64,000 nt of DNA, from contig JAOLYB010000001.1 of the NCBI GenBank assembly GCA_028343215.1, forward strand, positions 71,879 through 135,878. Reading direction: 5' to 3'. The DNA is from Candidatus Nitrosopelagicus sp. (GTDB lineage: Archaea > Thermoproteota > Nitrososphaeria > Nitrososphaerales > Nitrosopumilaceae). This document shows positions 10,254 through 19,994 of the stretch, in pieces (positions within the stretch are counted from its first letter, which is position 1; the number at the start of each line of letters is the position of its first letter). The translations under genes and the position numbers were made by a program. Under the pieces are notes generated by a model. That model worked only from the letters and a program-made list of their open reading frames with translations, had not been told where the DNA came from and did no database searches.

Positions 10254-10274
10254 TGATATTTTCTACATTGTGAT

Positions 10275-10835
10275 ATGCCACAAACAAAACCAATCATTAG
10301 TGTTGAAAATGTAGTGGCTTCAGCTACAGTAGACCAAAAAATGGATCTAAATGATATTACAAAAAAATTTCCAGATGTAGAATATCATCCAGATCAATTT
10401 CCAGGATTAGTATTCAGAATCAAAAGTCCAAAGACAGCTACGCTAATTTTTACTTCAGGAAAGATGGTATGTACAGGTGCAAAATCAGAACAAATGTCAA
10501 AAAATGCAGTTAAAACAGTAGTGGAGAAATTAAGAAAAGGAAAAATTAAAGTTAAAAAAAATGCAGTGGTGACAATTCAAAATATTGTTGCATCAATAAA
10601 TTTAGGTGGAAGAATTCATCTTGAACAAGCAGCAAGAACATTACCAAGAAGCATGTATGAACCAGAACAATTTCCAGGTTTGATTCACAGAATGCTTGAT
10701 CCAAAAACAGTCATTTTGTTATTTTCTTCAGGAAAACTTGTATGTACAGGTGCAAAGAAAGAAGAAGATGTTTATCGTTCAGTGAATAATTTACACGCAC
10801 TTTTAGAAGAAAAAAAATTAATGGTTTACGATTAA
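10275..10835 (+). CDS. tbp: TATA-box binding protein
   Basis: Two direct repeats: ENVVAS/QNIVAS, YHPDQFPGL/YEPEQFPGL, LIFTSGKMVCTGAK/LLFSSGKLVCTGAK. Confidence 0.98.
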   Translation: MPQTKPIISVENVVASATVDQKMDLNDITKKFPDVEYHPDQFPGLVFRIKSPKTATLIFTSGKMVCTGAKSEQMSKNAVKTVVEKLRKGKIKVKKNAVVTIQNIVASINLGGRIHLEQAARTLPRSMYEPEQFPGLIHRMLDPKTVILLFSSGKLVCTGAKKEEDVYRSVNNLHALLEEKKLMVYD

Positions 10836-10839
10836 AAAA

Positions 10840-11166
10840 TTATTTAATCTTTGTTCCTGCAGGAACATCATCATCAACAGTTAACCAAAATGGCTTGTCA
10901 TCAATATCAGCAGCTAATAACATTGCATTAGATTCAACACCAGCCATTTTTTTGGGTTCTAAATTTGCAACAACAATTACTGTTTTTCCAATCAAATCTT
11001 CAGGTTCATAAAATTGCGCACCGCCAATTATTACATCACGCTCCTCATCTCCCAAAGAAATTGTACCTTTGATTATTCTTGATTTCTCAGGGATTTTTTC
11101 AGTGGATACAATTTTTGCTACACGTAGATCCAATTTTGAAAAATCATCATATGAAATATCATCCAT
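10840..11166 (-). CDS. tRNA-binding OB-fold protein (Trbp111/CsaA/MetRS C-terminal-like)
   Basis: DFSKLDLRVAKI, VVANLEPKKMAGVESNAMLLAA. Confidence 0.9.
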   Translation of the reverse strand: MDDISYDDFSKLDLRVAKIVSTEKIPEKSRIIKGTISLGDEERDVIIGGAQFYEPEDLIGKTVIVVANLEPKKMAGVESNAMLLAADIDDKPFWLTVDDDVPAGTKIK

Positions 11167-11271
11167 AATGCATGAAATACAGACGGTTTAAAATTAATTT
11201 CTAAATTTTTAGACTGTAAATTGTATCTAGAATTTGATAAACCTAATATTTTCGAGTAATTGGATGGAGAT

Positions 11272-11688
11272 ATGGCAGAAATCAAGACGTCGGTAATAAT
11301 TAATTCAACTCAAGAAAAAATTTGGGATGTCATATCAGATATCGATAATGAACCAAAATTCTGGAAAGGTACGAAAGAAGTTAGAAATATTTCAGAAGAC
11401 GGAAATCAAATATCAAGAGAAATTACAATTGCATTTCGTGATCAGAAATGCTTGCAAGAAGTGACGATTGTTCCAAAAGAGTCGATTAAGGCAGTATTTA
11501 CAAAAGGAGTCATAGTAGGAGAGAAAATTCTCACGTTGAAAAATATGGATAATTCATGTGAACTAGAAGCTGTATGGGATGTAAAACTTTCAGGAAAAAT
11601 GGGCATGTTCACAGGAATAATAAAAAAACATATCAAAAGTGGAACTGAACAAGCACTCCAAGAAATTAAAAAAGAAGTGGAAAATTAA
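11272..11688 (+). CDS. SRPBCC/START-like (polyketide cyclase/dehydrase) ligand-binding protein
   Basis: EKIWDVISDIDNEPKFWKG and C-terminal helix ALQEIKKEVE; ATG 11272 preferred over TTG 11260. Confidence 0.8.
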   Translation: MAEIKTSVIINSTQEKIWDVISDIDNEPKFWKGTKEVRNISEDGNQISREITIAFRDQKCLQEVTIVPKESIKAVFTKGVIVGEKILTLKNMDNSCELEAVWDVKLSGKMGMFTGIIKKHIKSGTEQALQEIKKEVEN

Positions 11689-12899
11689 TGGTCGATGTTT
11701 TCATTGATGTTTTCAATTTTATTTTTACAGTCATACTTGTAGGAGTTTTTTTGGCGTGGTTATCATTATTACATTCTATGTATCAATCATTTACTAAAAC
11801 ACCATTTTTAGACATATTTGAAAATAATAGTACAACAACGCCAAAAGTATCAGTAATTTTACCTGCAAGAAATGAAGAAAATTTTATCTCAAAGTGTTTA
11901 GAGACGTTAAGTTTACAAGATTACAAAAATTTTGAAATAATTGCAATTGATGATTCTTCAGAAGATAGAACTGGAGAGATTATTGCAAAATTTGCAAAAG
12001 ATGATTCAAAAATCATCCATGTAAGTGCAAAAGAAAAACCCGAAAAATGGATGGGAAAAAATTGGGCATGTATGGAAGGATTCAAAAAAGCTACAGGAGC
12101 GATTATGTTATTTACAGATGCAGACACAAAATTTGAGAAAAATGTAATTACATTGGCAGTAGCACATCTACAATCAGAAAATCTTGATGCGCTAACAGTT
12201 ATTCCACGACTTCGTTGTATTGATAGAATTACAAAAATAACTTTACCTATGTTATCTACATTCCTACATTCAAGATACTCCGCACTGAACGTAAACAATC
12301 CAAAGAAGAAGGTAGGGTATTTTTTTGGTAGTTTTTTTGTAATTAAACGAAAGGTGTATGAGGAAATTGGTACTCATGAAAAAGTTAAACAGGAAATAAT
12401 TGAGGATGGAGCATTAGGTAAGATAACCAAAGAGTCAGGATATGCATTAAAGATGGTCAGAGGAGAACATCTGATCGAAGCGTTGTATTCAAGAAGTTCA
12501 AAAGAAATGTGGAATGGATTAAAACGATTAATCGTTCCACTATATCATCAAAGCTCTTCATCAGCAATAGGCGTATTCTTTGCAGTGCTTTTCATTTTAT
12601 TTATGCCAATTCCATTATTAGGGTACTCAGTTATTGCTTTTGAATCAAGCCTGTCGTTTACAACTTTGCTAATTTCTGCAATTATTTCTACAATCACAAT
12701 TTTTTCAGCATCTTTAATGGAAACTAGAATGGGATTAAACCTAAACATAGCGAATTCAATATGTGCACCTATTGGAAGTATTGTCGTAATACTTGGTTTT
12801 CTTTCAGGCATTTTAGATGCAAACAAATCTACCGCAGTATCATGGAGAGGTCGGAAATATTCAGTTAAGGAATTTTCTCAAAATTATCTTAAAGTGTAA
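11688..12899 (+). CDS. Membrane glycosyltransferase family 2 (HpnB/CruD-like)
   Basis: VSVILPARNEE, IDDSSEDRT, WMGKNWAC, FTDAD, IIEDGALG; one N-terminal and about three C-terminal TMs; WRGRKY end. Confidence 0.9.
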   Translation: MVDVFIDVFNFIFTVILVGVFLAWLSLLHSMYQSFTKTPFLDIFENNSTTTPKVSVILPARNEENFISKCLETLSLQDYKNFEIIAIDDSSEDRTGEIIAKFAKDDSKIIHVSAKEKPEKWMGKNWACMEGFKKATGAIMLFTDADTKFEKNVITLAVAHLQSENLDALTVIPRLRCIDRITKITLPMLSTFLHSRYSALNVNNPKKKVGYFFGSFFVIKRKVYEEIGTHEKVKQEIIEDGALGKITKESGYALKMVRGEHLIEALYSRSSKEMWNGLKRLIVPLYHQSSSSAIGVFFAVLFILFMPIPLLGYSVIAFESSLSFTTLLISAIISTITIFSASLMETRMGLNLNIANSICAPIGSIVVILGFLSGILDANKSTAVSWRGRKYSVKEFSQNYLKV

Positions 12900-12953
12900 T
12901 AAAATATAACAAAAATCAGTAAGGGTTATAGTTTAACCAAACATAATTCCATC

Positions 12954-14084
12954 ATGGCAAACAATGGCATTATTGTTGGAGGAGTAATTGCAACTGCGGC
13001 AATAATATTTGCAGTGTTTGTATCATTCAATTCAATTTCAGATAATGGAACTGGAGAATTAATTGTTGCAAATGGAAATTATGGAGAAACAGTAGGAGAA
13101 GTAACAGGAATAGAAAGAAGTTACGAATATTCACTAATTGATATTTTTGAAAAATCTGAAGAAAGTATTGTACAAGTAAGTGTACTAAGAGGAGAATCCG
13201 AAGGAGGAATGGGTTCGGGTTTTGTTTATTCTGATGAAGGATATGTTATTACTAATCAGCATGTAGTCCAAGATGCACAAAAAGTAATGATTACATTTCT
13301 TGACGGAGAAGCATACATTGGAAATGTCGTAGGCAGTGATAGAGATTTAGATATTGCAGTTGTTAAAGTTGAACCAACTAATACATATCTACAACCAATC
13401 AAGATTGGAGATTCGTCAGAACTAAAGGTTGGTGAAAAAATTGCAGCCATAGGTAATCCATTTGGATTATCAGGTTCCATGACAGCAGGGATTGTAAGTC
13501 AAATGGGACGATTGTTACCACAGGAAACTGGATATTCAATTCCAGACGTAATACAGACAGATGCCGCAATAAATCCTGGAAATTCAGGAGGGCCATTGAT
13601 TAACATGAAAGGTGAAGTTGTAGGAATTAACACAGCAATACAATCAGCAACTGGGGAATTTTCAGGTATTGGATTTGCAGTTCCATCTAATACCGTAAAA
13701 AAAGTAGTTCCAGTTCTAATAGAAGATGGGGAATTCAAACATCCATGGATGGGAATTTCAGGGACAGATGTGGATCCAGAGCTTGCAGAAGTGAGAGAAT
13801 TGAAAAGTTCAAAAGGTTTCTTAGTCGTATCTGTAATTGAAGGAAGTCCTGCAGAGACGGCAGGGTTACTTGGAGTTACAGAAACAGAAGAGAGAGATGG
13901 AAGAGAATTTGCTCTAGATGGAGATATAATATTAGCAATAGATGGAGAAACTGTTAGAAAGATCTCAGACATATTGGTTCATCTTCAAAGAGAGAAATCA
14001 GTCGGAGATGAGATGGTTTTATCTGTAAACAGAAATGGGGAGATGTTAGAATTAACCATGATTCTCGAAGAAAGACCTCAATAG
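12954..14084 (+). CDS. HtrA/DegP-like serine protease with PDZ domain
   Basis: ITNQHVV, DIAVVK, TDAAINPGNSGGPL, then PDZ (WMGISG, GSPAE). Confidence 0.95.
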   Translation: MANNGIIVGGVIATAAIIFAVFVSFNSISDNGTGELIVANGNYGETVGEVTGIERSYEYSLIDIFEKSEESIVQVSVLRGESEGGMGSGFVYSDEGYVITNQHVVQDAQKVMITFLDGEAYIGNVVGSDRDLDIAVVKVEPTNTYLQPIKIGDSSELKVGEKIAAIGNPFGLSGSMTAGIVSQMGRLLPQETGYSIPDVIQTDAAINPGNSGGPLINMKGEVVGINTAIQSATGEFSGIGFAVPSNTVKKVVPVLIEDGEFKHPWMGISGTDVDPELAEVRELKSSKGFLVVSVIEGSPAETAGLLGVTETEERDGREFALDGDIILAIDGETVRKISDILVHLQREKSVGDEMVLSVNRNGEMLELTMILEERPQ

Positions 14085-14126
14085 AATTTCTACAAAATTA
14101 AATAGTCCATACTGAATTTTTAAGCA

Positions 14127-15290
14127 ATGAGTGAATTACAATTTGATTCTGAAATTATTCATAAGATTAATGAATTCAAAGAGATCAGTAAAGAAGAAAT
14201 TTTAGAATTAGCTGAAAGTGCACCTAAAGAAATCTTATTTGATACAGCGTCAAGAATTAGAGATAAACAGAAAGGTAGAACCGTTAGTTTTTCAAAAAAA
14301 GCATTTTTCAACATAATCAATCTGTGTAGAGATACATGCTCATACTGTACCTACAAAGCCGAACCTGCAGATACAAAATTATCATTGATGGGTAAGGAGA
14401 CGATTAAAGAATTGGCAATTTTGGCAAAAAAATATAATTGCACTGAAGCATTATTTGTTACAGGAGAAAGACCTGAACAAAAATATTCTGAAGCAAAAAA
14501 GTGGTTAAAAGATGAAGGGTTTTCATCTACATCAGAATATTTGATTCATTGTTCAGAGATGGTATTGAATGAAGGTATTTTTCCACATACTAATGCAGGA
14601 AATCTTACTAAAAGTGAAATGAAAGAACTGCAAAAAACTAATGTCAGTATGGGAATGATGCTTGAAAACTCTAGTCCTAGATTGAGAGAAGCAGGAATGC
14701 CACATCATGACGCACCAAGTAAGGATCCAAATGCAAGATTAAATATTCTAAAAAATTCTGGTGAATTGAAAATTCCAATGACCACAGGAATCCTAGTCGG
14801 AATTGGTGAAAATATAGAAGAATGTATTCAATCGATATTAGATATCAAAGAACTTTATGACAAATATGGAAATATTCAAGAAATCATATTACAAAACTTT
14901 CATCCAAAACCAAAAACATCAATGTTTCAACAATCAACACCTGAAGAAGATTATTTTAAGACGGTAGTTGCATTATGTAGAATTATTATTCCGGATGCAA
15001 ATATTCAGATTCCACCTAATTTATCACCAGAAAATTATCATGAATTTCTATCAGTCGGAATTAATGATTGGGGAGGAATTTCACCTATAACCTCAGATTA
15101 TGTAAATCCAGAGTTTTCATGGCCAAATATTCAAAATGTTGAGAAGAAATGTAACAATTCAGGTTTTTCATTTAAAGCTAGATTTCCAGTATACCCAGAG
15201 TTCATTTCATTAGTAAATGATGATTTGAAACAAAGAATATCTTTAATTGCGGATGAGGAAAATTATGTAAAAGAGAGTTATTGGAAATGA
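14127..15290 (+). CDS. cofG: FO synthase subunit CofG
   Basis: CRDTCSYC radical SAM motif, CTEALF, PHTNAG, TTGILVGIGE, IQIPPNL, GINDWGGISP. Confidence 0.95.
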   Translation: MSELQFDSEIIHKINEFKEISKEEILELAESAPKEILFDTASRIRDKQKGRTVSFSKKAFFNIINLCRDTCSYCTYKAEPADTKLSLMGKETIKELAILAKKYNCTEALFVTGERPEQKYSEAKKWLKDEGFSSTSEYLIHCSEMVLNEGIFPHTNAGNLTKSEMKELQKTNVSMGMMLENSSPRLREAGMPHHDAPSKDPNARLNILKNSGELKIPMTTGILVGIGENIEECIQSILDIKELYDKYGNIQEIILQNFHPKPKTSMFQQSTPEEDYFKTVVALCRIIIPDANIQIPPNLSPENYHEFLSVGINDWGGISPITSDYVNPEFSWPNIQNVEKKCNNSGFSFKARFPVYPEFISLVNDDLKQRISLIADEENYVKESYWK

Positions 15291-16555
15291 ATTTAGAAAA
15301 TAAAGATGTGGATGGAATTTTACAATATGCAGATCCAGTAATTGCAGCAATTCTCAATAAAGCAATTTCTGGGAAAGATATCACATCTAGAGAAGCACTA
15401 GTTCTATTTGATGCAGAAGGAATTGATTTTCAACTTGTTGGTAAAGTTGCAGATTATTTACGAAGGAAAAAAGTTGGAGATACAGTAACTTATGTGGTCA
15501 ACCGAAATATCAACTTCACAAATGTATGCATAAAGCAATGTGGTTTTTGCGCATTTAGTCGAGATTTCAGAGAAGAAGAAGGCTATACGCTTCCTATTGA
15601 AGAAATTACAAGAAGAGCAAAAGAAGCATACACATACGGAGCTACAGAAGTATGCGTTCAGGCAGGACTTCCGCCAGATATGGAAGCAGGATTGTATGAA
15701 AATATTTGTAGAGAAATTAAAACCGAAGTTCCAGATATACACATACATGGATTTTCTCCAGAAGAAATTCTTTATGGTGCAACAAGATCTAACATTTCAA
15801 CAAAAGAATATCTAAGTAGATTAAAGGATGCAGGTGTAGATACAATTCCAGGAACTGCAGCAGAAATACTTAATCAAAAATTACGTGATAAAATTTCTCC
15901 AGGTAGGATTACAGTCAAAGATTGGACAGATGTTATAAAAACGGCACATAAGATGGGAATAAAATCCACATCAACTATGATGTTTGGACATTTGGAAACA
16001 AATGAACATAGAGTAAATCATTTAGATACAATTAGAGAGATACAAAAAGAAACAGGAGGATTTACAGAATTTGTTCCACTCAATTTCATTTACTCAGAAG
16101 CACCAATGTATAAACATCAACTTCATGAAGGTATCAAAAAAGGCGCAAATTCGAATGACGCATTGTTAGTTCATGCAATTTCACGAATCATGTTGAATAA
16201 TGTTATAGATAATATACAAATGTCATGGGTAAAAGAAGGACCAAAGTTTTCACAATTACTTCTTAATTGGGGAGCAAATGATTTTGGAGGAACATTAGTC
16301 AATGAGAGCATATCAACTGCAGCAGGTGCAGAACATGGTCAGCTATTAAGACCAAAAGAGATACGACACTTGATTAGAAGTATAGGAAGGATTCCTGCTG
16401 AAAGAAATACAATATATAAGAAAATTAAAGAATTTAAGGTCGAACCTACAGGTTCTGATGGATTAGACGGCGTGGATGATGCAGAGAAATTTGGATCATA
16501 TTTTGAATTAATTAAAATTAAAAAATACCAATATCAAAATCCTAGAAAAAATTAA
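15281..16555 (+). CDS. cofH: FO synthase subunit CofH
   Basis: VTYVVNRNINFTNVCIKQCGFCAF, PGTAAEIL, GANDFGGTLVNESISTAAG. Confidence 0.95.
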   Translation: MEMNLENKDVDGILQYADPVIAAILNKAISGKDITSREALVLFDAEGIDFQLVGKVADYLRRKKVGDTVTYVVNRNINFTNVCIKQCGFCAFSRDFREEEGYTLPIEEITRRAKEAYTYGATEVCVQAGLPPDMEAGLYENICREIKTEVPDIHIHGFSPEEILYGATRSNISTKEYLSRLKDAGVDTIPGTAAEILNQKLRDKISPGRITVKDWTDVIKTAHKMGIKSTSTMMFGHLETNEHRVNHLDTIREIQKETGGFTEFVPLNFIYSEAPMYKHQLHEGIKKGANSNDALLVHAISRIMLNNVIDNIQMSWVKEGPKFSQLLLNWGANDFGGTLVNESISTAAGAEHGQLLRPKEIRHLIRSIGRIPAERNTIYKKIKEFKVEPTGSDGLDGVDDAEKFGSYFELIKIKKYQYQNPRKN

Positions 16556-17513
16556 GTAAAAGACTCACCAAATATGCGACAAATGCTATTGTAAGTCCAA
16601 TCCCTACAAATCGTGGAATAGATTTTCTGAATCCAATGAATAAAACAAGACTAAATGCAATCATTATGTAATAATTTGAAAAGACATCAGAGGAGACAGG
16701 TATTCCAACAATAGCTGAAGAGACTCCCAATATCAATAGAATATTGTATATGTTACTTCCAACAATGTTGCCTACACCAATATCGGTTTGTTTTTTAGCT
16801 ATTGCGATAATAGATGTAATTAATTCTGGAAGCGATGTTCCAATTGCAACAATTACAACTCCTATAACTAGTTGAGACAATCCCAAAGTTTCAGCAAGAT
16901 TTACAGCACCATCAACTGTAAGATGACCACCGAGAAATAGCAGTATCACTCCAGCTGCAATCAGACCAAATGATTGAGGATAAGTTTCAATTTTGTATTT
17001 TGATAAGAAATATTCACCTTCTAATGCTTCGTTTTCGATAGTTTCATTTTGTTGAATTTTTTGTTTTTTGACAGTTTTGATAGTATAGGCGGTAAATGCA
17101 ATGAGTGCTGCAATTAATAGAATACCGTCAATTTGTGAGATTTCACCATCATATGACATTGCTACAACCAACAAGGATACACCAATCATGATTGGAATCC
17201 ATCTACTAACAGTAATTTTACTAATTAGAAGAGGAGTAAATATTGCAGAAATTCCAATCACCATGCCAACATTACTGACATTACTTCCAACAATGTTGCC
17301 TAGTATTAATTCAGTATGCGAATTAAAGGCAGCCAGTAGAGAAGCAGCTAGTTCAGGAGTAGACGTGCCATATGCCACTACTGTTAAACCAATTATCATA
17401 CTACTAATTCTAAGTTTTTTTGCAAGAGAAACACCACCAGAAACTATAGCATATCCACCAATACACAAGAGTACTAAACCTGCAAGTACACTGCCAATAT
17501 CAAGTATATCCAC
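16542..17513 (-). CDS. Calcium/sodium antiporter (CaCA, YrbG-like)
   Basis: Alpha repeats GTSTPE/GNIVGSN and GTSLPE/GNIVGSN; about 10 TMs. Confidence 0.93.
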   Translation of the reverse strand: MDILDIGSVLAGLVLLCIGGYAIVSGGVSLAKKLRISSMIIGLTVVAYGTSTPELAASLLAAFNSHTELILGNIVGSNVSNVGMVIGISAIFTPLLISKITVSRWIPIMIGVSLLVVAMSYDGEISQIDGILLIAALIAFTAYTIKTVKKQKIQQNETIENEALEGEYFLSKYKIETYPQSFGLIAAGVILLFLGGHLTVDGAVNLAETLGLSQLVIGVVIVAIGTSLPELITSIIAIAKKQTDIGVGNIVGSNIYNILLILGVSSAIVGIPVSSDVFSNYYIMIAFSLVLFIGFRKSIPRFVGIGLTIAFVAYLVSLLLNFF

Positions 17514-17679
17514 AACAACTATGCCAAGATATCTTGTTTAAATCACATTCCTTCCCTATAATTCACAATTCAAACAAGGAAAATAGATATCAAGATTTGT
17601 TCAAGTTTAGTAAATCTGATCAAATAGCTCAACAATGCATGACTTAACCTTAATATGGTAAAGTACGGTACTATACTGT

Positions 17680-18027
17680 ATGAGAGCAAGACTAACATAT
17701 GTACCACTAGAAGTAGCAGAACGATTTGAAGGATTCATAATTCAACGAGATGAACAAGTGTTAGATGCAGTTAGAGCAAAAACAAAGGAATTCAGTACAC
17801 TTTCACTATTGAAATTATTATATCAATTAAACTCAAATCCAATGACATTTTCAGATTTGTATTCAAAATCAAAGATAAGAATGAAAAAATCTTTTCTGAA
17901 TTATCTACATTTTTGTGTAGAATACAAATTCATAGAAAAAGAAAGAGTGGGATCAAATGTGATCTATACCATTACAGAAAAAGGAAGAATTATGCTTGAT
18001 TTGTTTACAATAAATGAGAAAAATTAG
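17680..18027 (+). CDS. Winged helix-turn-helix putative transcription regulator
   Basis: PMTFSDLYSKS helix and YTITEKGR wing motif. Confidence 0.75.
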   Translation: MRARLTYVPLEVAERFEGFIIQRDEQVLDAVRAKTKEFSTLSLLKLLYQLNSNPMTFSDLYSKSKIRMKKSFLNYLHFCVEYKFIEKERVGSNVIYTITEKGRIMLDLFTINEKN

Positions 18028-18163
18028 ATCAAAATATTCGTGATGCATATAACAAAACAAACAGTATAGAACCAGTTCCAAAAATAATTATCCGAATCAT
18101 TCCACGAGACATATTTCTTCATCAAGCGAACAAGTAATTAAACAAAACATAATCAATAGAACA

Positions 18164-18889
18164 TTGCAGTCTAACATACCAGAAGCAGAGATCTATGAAG
18201 TAGAGAAAAATAAATTGAAAAACCCTACCATTTTTGTCGGGTTTGTTGGAGCAGGACTGGTCGGAACCATAGCAGTAGATCATATGATAAATGAATTAGA
18301 TATGAAAGAGATAGGTTTTCTACGTTCAAAACACTTACCGCCATCAACAGTATTCATGCAAGGTAGACTAAGACATCCATTTCGAATTTATTCAAATAAT
18401 GATGGAAGCATCTGTGCAATAATTTGTGAAATAATAATCAGTAAAGAGGGAATTTACAATATCGCCATGGCAATTTTAGATTGGGCAGAAAAAAAAGGCT
18501 CAAACGAAATAATAGTGCTAGATGGAGTTGCAGATAAAAAACATGACGGAAATGCATTTTTTGCTGCAGAGGTTGACTTATGTAGAATTATGGAAGAAAA
18601 TGATATCCAAATGATACCTCAAGGATTCATTACCGGAATTTCAGGAGGAATACTAAATGAGTGTCTAATTAGAAAAATTCGAGGCATTACATTACTTGCA
18701 AAAGCTAACGAAACAACTCCAGATCCTCTAGCTGCTGCAACAATCATTGATGCAGTAAATAGAGTGTATGAAACTGAGATAAATACTAAAAATTTAAAGA
18801 AACAGAAAAAACAGATTGGGGTAGATTTAAGAGAATTATCAGATAAATATTCAGAACATAAAAAAATTGATTCAAATATGTACATGTAG
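18164..18889 (+). CDS. Proteasome assembly chaperone, PAC2 family
   Basis: GFVGAGLVGTIA, HPFRIY, GFITGISGGIL, PDPLAAA; C-terminal MYM (HbYX-like). Confidence 0.88.
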   Translation: MQSNIPEAEIYEVEKNKLKNPTIFVGFVGAGLVGTIAVDHMINELDMKEIGFLRSKHLPPSTVFMQGRLRHPFRIYSNNDGSICAIICEIIISKEGIYNIAMAILDWAEKKGSNEIIVLDGVADKKHDGNAFFAAEVDLCRIMEENDIQMIPQGFITGISGGILNECLIRKIRGITLLAKANETTPDPLAAATIIDAVNRVYETEINTKNLKKQKKQIGVDLRELSDKYSEHKKIDSNMYM

Positions 18890-18893
18890 GTGA

Positions 18894-19922
18894 ATGGATA
18901 TGACAATAACTTACAAAAAAGCAGGAGTCGATATTTCGGAGATAAAAAAAAGTCAACGAGCAATTGGTAAATTAATAGAATCAACACATAATCTACAAAA
19001 GATGGCCAAGATGAAACATGGTTTCGGTCACTATGCAGGTATTGTTGAAATTCCTGGAGGAAAATTATTAGCAACACATACTGATGGTGTCGGTACAAAG
19101 GTGATTATTTCAAATATGTTGAAAAGATACGATACAATCGGAATAGATTGTATTGCAATGAATGTTAATGATATAATTTGCATAGGTGCAACACCAATTT
19201 CATTTGTAGATTATATTGCTGCAAACAAAAATGATCAAAAAATATTCAAACAAATTGTATCAGGATTGGTAAAGGGTGCAAAAAAATCAGCGATGCCAAT
19301 TGTAGGAGGAGAGACAGCAATAATGTCTGATTTGATTTCAGGCAAAGGTTTTGGATTTGACCTTGCAGGAATGGTTGTAGGAATGCTTTCAAAAAAAGAG
19401 ATGGTCTTGGGAGATAAAATAAAACCAAATGATGTAATTATCGGAATACAAAGTTCAGGTTTACATTCAAATGGATATTCATTAGCACGAAAAGCACTTT
19501 TGACAAAATATTCAGTCAAAGATAACATCAAAGGAGTTGGAAATTTAGGTAACGCACTTTTACGTCCAACCGAGATTTATGTCAAGCCAGTTTTAGAGGC
19601 ACTGAAGAAATGTAAGATAAACGGATTAGCACACATTACAGGAGGATCATTTACAAAATTATTGAGATTGAAGAAGATAGGATATCATTTGGATAGTATG
19701 CCAAAGACTCCAGCATTAATGCAATTAATTGAAGATACAGGAGTGAAAAATGAAGAGATGTACAAAACATTCAACATGGGAGTAGGATTTTGTATCGTTT
19801 CACCAGAAAATCAAGTCAAAGATATTCATAAAATTTTCAATAAACATAAGATGAAATCTTATGAAATTGGCAGAATTAGTAAAAACAAGGGCGTTTTTAT
19901 TAATAAATTGAAAATTGCATAG
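18894..19922 (+). CDS. purM: Phosphoribosylformylglycinamidine cyclo-ligase (AIR synthase)
   Basis: TYKKAGVD, TDGVGTK, GGETA, SSGLHSNGYSLARK, HITGG, TFNMGVG. Confidence 0.97.
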   Translation: MDMTITYKKAGVDISEIKKSQRAIGKLIESTHNLQKMAKMKHGFGHYAGIVEIPGGKLLATHTDGVGTKVIISNMLKRYDTIGIDCIAMNVNDIICIGATPISFVDYIAANKNDQKIFKQIVSGLVKGAKKSAMPIVGGETAIMSDLISGKGFGFDLAGMVVGMLSKKEMVLGDKIKPNDVIIGIQSSGLHSNGYSLARKALLTKYSVKDNIKGVGNLGNALLRPTEIYVKPVLEALKKCKINGLAHITGGSFTKLLRLKKIGYHLDSMPKTPALMQLIEDTGVKNEEMYKTFNMGVGFCIVSPENQVKDIHKIFNKHKMKSYEIGRISKNKGVFINKLKIA

Positions 19923-19994
19923 AAAAATAACATCTTGTCTTAGAAAATTTTACTAGATTTGGCTTATATGACGTAATTCTAAAAATATTAGATA

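Noticed and set aside
17525-17536. Perfect palindrome CAAGATATCTTG upstream of the Ca/Na antiporter
   Set aside because: Several 12-bp palindromes are expected by chance in 64 kb of AT-rich DNA, and I noticed no second copy.
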